This document shows, piece after piece, positions 61,501 through 64,000 of a stretch of 64,000 nucleotides of DNA. Source of the DNA: Pseudomonadota bacterium (GTDB lineage: Bacteria; UBA10199; 2-02-FULL-44-16; JBDRGF01); assembly GCA_043818055.1 (NCBI GenBank), contig JBDRGF010000159.1:29860-93859 (forward strand), given 5' to 3'. The notes beneath the pieces are model-generated. The model ran no database searches, was not told the origin of the DNA, and saw only the letters and a list, made by a program, of their open reading frames with translations. Position numbers and translations under genes: made by a program. The number at the start of each line of letters is the position of its first letter. The stretch's first letter is position 1.

Positions 61501-62692
61501 TATCAATTATCGATGAGATAATATTGTCGGTAAAGGCCTTCACGGCTATAATCTCATCCCTTTTCTCTTTTATACTTTCCGTCATGCGATTAAAGGAAGA
61601 GGAGAGATCTCCAATTTCATCTCTCGAACTGACCTCTATTCTCGTATCGAGGCTGCCTTCGCCAATTTGGATGGCGGCTTCTCTGAGTTTCACGATAGGG
61701 TAGGAGATCGACCTTGCAAGCATAAAGACAATCGCTATCGTTACCAGAATGGTTATGAAAAGGACGACGATCAATAATTTAGTAAGCCTCTCAACAGGCA
61801 AAAAGGCCTCACTCTCGTCAATTTTTGTTACCAGTCCCCATCTTAACGATGGGATCCACCGCCATGCGGACAGGACACTTTTACCGCGATAATCAATATC
61901 CAGCCCCGAGCCACTCTTTCCTGATGCAGCACTTTGAGACGGCAGGGCATCTTTGCTCCCCATCATTGTCGTTTTGTTCAGGATGGCTCCCGGATCAAAC
62001 TTTAGCGGGCTTAAATATATGAGCTTTTTATCCGCGGTTTTTCCAACCAATAGCGTCTCATAGCTCCCTTGTGACCGGCGTTGATCCTGCAGAAGTTCAT
62101 ATACCGCGTTCATATCCAATTCAGCATGGACAAGCCCTGCAACTTTACCCGCATCGTCATATGCCGGGCCTGCCATACATAGGGTATAAGGATGTTCCTT
62201 ATGTCCGGTTTTGCGAACATCCCCGATATAGATACCGGTTTTGATCTTCTTCAGGATATTATCTGTATCGGATATGGTTTGATTAAGCTCGTGCCGGTGT
62301 TTGGGATTAAACACATAGGCGATCCTGCCCTCCATGTCTGTCAGCATGATATCTATGTAATGATATGCACTCTGAAATATAGTCAGCTGCTCATCAAGCG
62401 CCTTCCCGGCCGATACATAGGCAGGATTGGATGGATCGCGGCTGAACTTAGTCAATGCAGAGATATTTGTTTTGACTACATTGCGCAGTCCCAATACGAC
62501 GATGTCGGATCTTCTTTCTGCAAAAAAGGCCTCAATCGCATCTACCTCATGATCGGCTTTACTGTCTAATGCATAGAAGATCTCTTTTTGCAGGCTCCCT
62601 TTTGCGTTATTGTATTCGAAAGAGCCGATAATGAGCATCGGGACTATTGATAAAGCCAAAAATGCGAGGAGCAATTTCCTGTAGATACGCAT
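58508..62692 (-). CDS. Hybrid sensor kinase (TM-Cache-HAMP-PAS-GAF-PAS-HisKA-HATPase-degenerate GGDEF-REC)
   Basis: DEIGDL, SHELRTPL, NLISNAMKF, DTGKG, GTGLGL, C-terminal VDDE..LDMKM..KP. Confidence 0.9.
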   Translation of the reverse strand: MRIYRKLLLAFLALSIVPMLIIGSFEYNNAKGSLQKEIFYALDSKADHEVDAIEAFFAERRSDIVVLGLRNVVKTNISALTKFSRDPSNPAYVSAGKALDEQLTIFQSAYHYIDIMLTDMEGRIAYVFNPKHRHELNQTISDTDNILKKIKTGIYIGDVRKTGHKEHPYTLCMAGPAYDDAGKVAGLVHAELDMNAVYELLQDQRRSQGSYETLLVGKTADKKLIYLSPLKFDPGAILNKTTMMGSKDALPSQSAASGKSGSGLDIDYRGKSVLSAWRWIPSLRWGLVTKIDESEAFLPVERLTKLLIVVLFITILVTIAIVFMLARSISYPIVKLREAAIQIGEGSLDTRIEVSSRDEIGDLSSSFNRMTESIKEKRDEIIAVKAFTDNIISSIIDTLIIVDSEGMIKMVNQAMLDLLGYSVDELIGKPAGMIFAEEEEEEEEEEEALFKGTGLERLIREGSVRDHDITYVTKSGERILVSFSGSVMYEKIADSHEKNKLSPSSKKRYPLDATQIIGVVGIARDMRGMRLLIADLENSKSQLEDFSKNLELKVEERTGDLVKSQKATINIMEDMQESHEELKKFNIELNNAKQKIESFSKDLETKVKERTFELSVLYDVSNAISYTLDHEQLLKLITESLFKIVGYDICVSLVFDAHTAKIAIKQGYQRNASLVEKVKNNLIDFTSTLTGEDIGRKRISSYLFPVEVDQKISIDSSDAKKKGRKFDKLNSFFNVPFIVGGKVIGMINVSSCEENAFSENDIRLIYTIANQASDAIGRLQTVIKAEKNKMESMVQSMVEGVLMTDEKNEIVVLNPQARRMLGFNLTDEITSEHLVERMKEIGLYDTFQKCLKEKKLVRNETTVIRGEKSIVLSCEIAMVKEAEGSIIGMVTVLKDITEEKEMDKMKTEFVSTVSHELRTPLTTIKEFISIISKEIPGRLTKDQKKYVDIVKGNVDRLTRLITNLLDISKIEAGKVDIKKQLVDITNLVNEIVSSFTPELKGKHIELKSLFSATAIAVYVDPDKITQVFTNLISNAMKFTPEKGKITVEIKDTEKEIVCSVTDTGKGIGKDDMDRLFGKFQQFDRIAGAGAKGTGLGLAISKELVELHKGSIWAESKINGGSKFVFTLPKYDREDILQEKMEGKIASVGKENEKISMFIVRLDDCSEGGKELEENRAQKVFLPISAAIQKVILSGDFVTGKNEVVVFMPVNKEEASKLFVQLKMAIKVPIFEIEEQFKIGFSCGYATYPDDADNAEDLLKKVYKSCVREREAKLKKTIMIVDDEPQERSIVRELLQASGYSNFIEAGDGLTALEKIKTTIPDLLILDMKMRGMNGYELIGMLKENTETKDIPVLIMSGYKVEIDKLEEYVKKKTIPMVGKPFDLDQLRKLINYLL
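61352..61384 (-). repeat. (GAA)11 poly-Glu microsatellite in a PAS domain
   Basis: 33 bp of perfect TTC on the + strand. Confidence 0.95.
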
Positions 62693-62695
62693 TAT

Positions 62696-63863
62696 TTATA
62701 TCTTTTCTCCTAATTTTGCTTCGAGTTCAGCCACCCGCTTTTTCAACTCTACCATCATCAGTTCTCTATCGACTGCCATCTTGTGGAACACTTCAAGATC
62801 GTGAAGTCTCTCTTTCATCTCATCTTTCGCCTTTTTAATATCTGTAATATCCCTGGCGATATGCACTGAACCGGTTATCTCACCCTTTGCGTCAAACATC
62901 GGGAACGTGGAGACCAAAAGCGGTATGCCCAACACCGGATCGTCCACCTCTTCAGTATGTACCTTATTATCCCGCATGGTCATGGCATGGGGACACAGTT
63001 TCCAGGGCTTGTCTGATTTGTGGATCAGCTCATAACACTTTCTGCCGATCACCTCTTCCTGTTTCAGCTTCAAAAAATCGAGGAACACCTTGTTCGCTCT
63101 GCGTATCGTATGGTCCTTATCGAGGATAAAAATAAAATCGGCTATGGAATCAAACGTGTTTTGCCATTCTTTGGCCGATTCCTTTATCTTTTCCTCCGCT
63201 ATCTTCATCTCCGTGATATCGCGCACAGTTGCCTGTATCAAAAACTTGTCCTTCTCGATTTCAACTCTGGTCAGCAAAACCGACGCAAAAAACGCTTTCC
63301 CGTTGATGCGCTTATGTGCCCATTCGAAGAAATTCGACCCCTCATCCATTGTCCTCTGGATCATCCTCTGCGCCTTCTCGGAAGAAGCCGTTCCATCAGG
63401 CTGAAACTCCGGAGACAATTCCCATGGCTCCTTGGAGATGAATTCCGCTTCATCTTTGGCGCCAAACATTTTTACCGTTGCCGGATTGCCGGAGGTAAAT
63501 CTCCACGACGGCGGCTCCAGCGTCATGATCGCATCTCGCGATGATTCAAACATAACCTTGAATTTTACTAATATTTTCTCCGTCTTCCTCAATTCATTGA
63601 TAGACAGTTGTCTCTCTATGCAAACATTGATGCGGGAGATAATTTCGTTTCTGTCTGCAGGCATTTCGATATAATCATCGGCGCCGGCCTCTAAAGCTTT
63701 GCGAAACACCTCTCCGGACTGGGACGCACAGCTGAAAAGAAGGATTACTATGTCTTTGACCTTCTCATTTGATTTTAAAAGCCGCGCCAGCTCAAGCCCG
63801 TTGATCCCCGGCATATTAATATCAGAAAAAATGACTTCGGGATTTTCGTTTTCGGCGATCTTA
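62696..63863 (-). pseudogene. REC-PAS-PAS protein with receiver N-terminus cut by an IS
   Basis: Receiver begins mid-domain (KIAENENPEVIFSDINMP); the apparent GTG start lies in the putative IS end. Confidence 0.65.
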
Positions 63864-64000
63864 GGAGCTGTCACAAAATAACTTGAGGTTCTTTGATAAT
63901 CTGATATAATCAGGGGAATGATTCTATGGGATGGAAAATTAAAAGAAAAACTGTCAATTTTGCTGCCCTCTCTTAACGAGAAGCAAAAAAGACTGCTCGT
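63864..64000 (+). mobile_element. Left end of an ISAzo13-like IS (transposase starts 63918, runs off window)
   Basis: MILWDGKLKEKLSILLPSLNEKQKRLL resembles the ISAzo13-family N-terminus; candidate end GGAGCTGTCACAAAATAA after TTA. Confidence 0.6.

Overview
Bacterial genomic window. The rpsU-yqeY-dnaG-rpoD order and a non-flagellar-type SctV suggest a deltaproteobacteria-like lineage (inference). Bases 1-40.6 kb form one minus-strand, mostly AT-rich surface-glycan locus. It is headed by tRNA-Lys(CTT), ugd, a wHTH-MNT regulator, a RfaH/NusG paralog and a canonical ops site. It contains rmlABCD, a GDP-heptose pathway, methyltransferases, glycosyltransferases and seven radical SAM enzymes (3 B12-binding, 4 SPASM/twitch-type). 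Inside it (29.7-36.7 kb) lies a decayed toxin-antitoxin/defence island. There, small gene cassettes are delimited by in-register heptamer arrays (GARRYYA). One array is inverted and sits at the start codon of a four-helix-bundle (23S-IVP/Avd-like) gene. The other three each supply the TGA stop of the preceding gene, and the array-bounded unit interrupts a paralogous MNT-HEPN gene. Gene-less inverted heptamer hairpins flank an orphan sctV. The rest encodes lipoproteins, a xanthine-dehydrogenase-family operon with MocA, an AAA ATPase with a 23-bp inverted repeat, the rpsU-rpoD operon and two-component genes, one of them cut by an ISAzo13-like IS at the right edge. All calls come from reading the sequence; no database searches were run.
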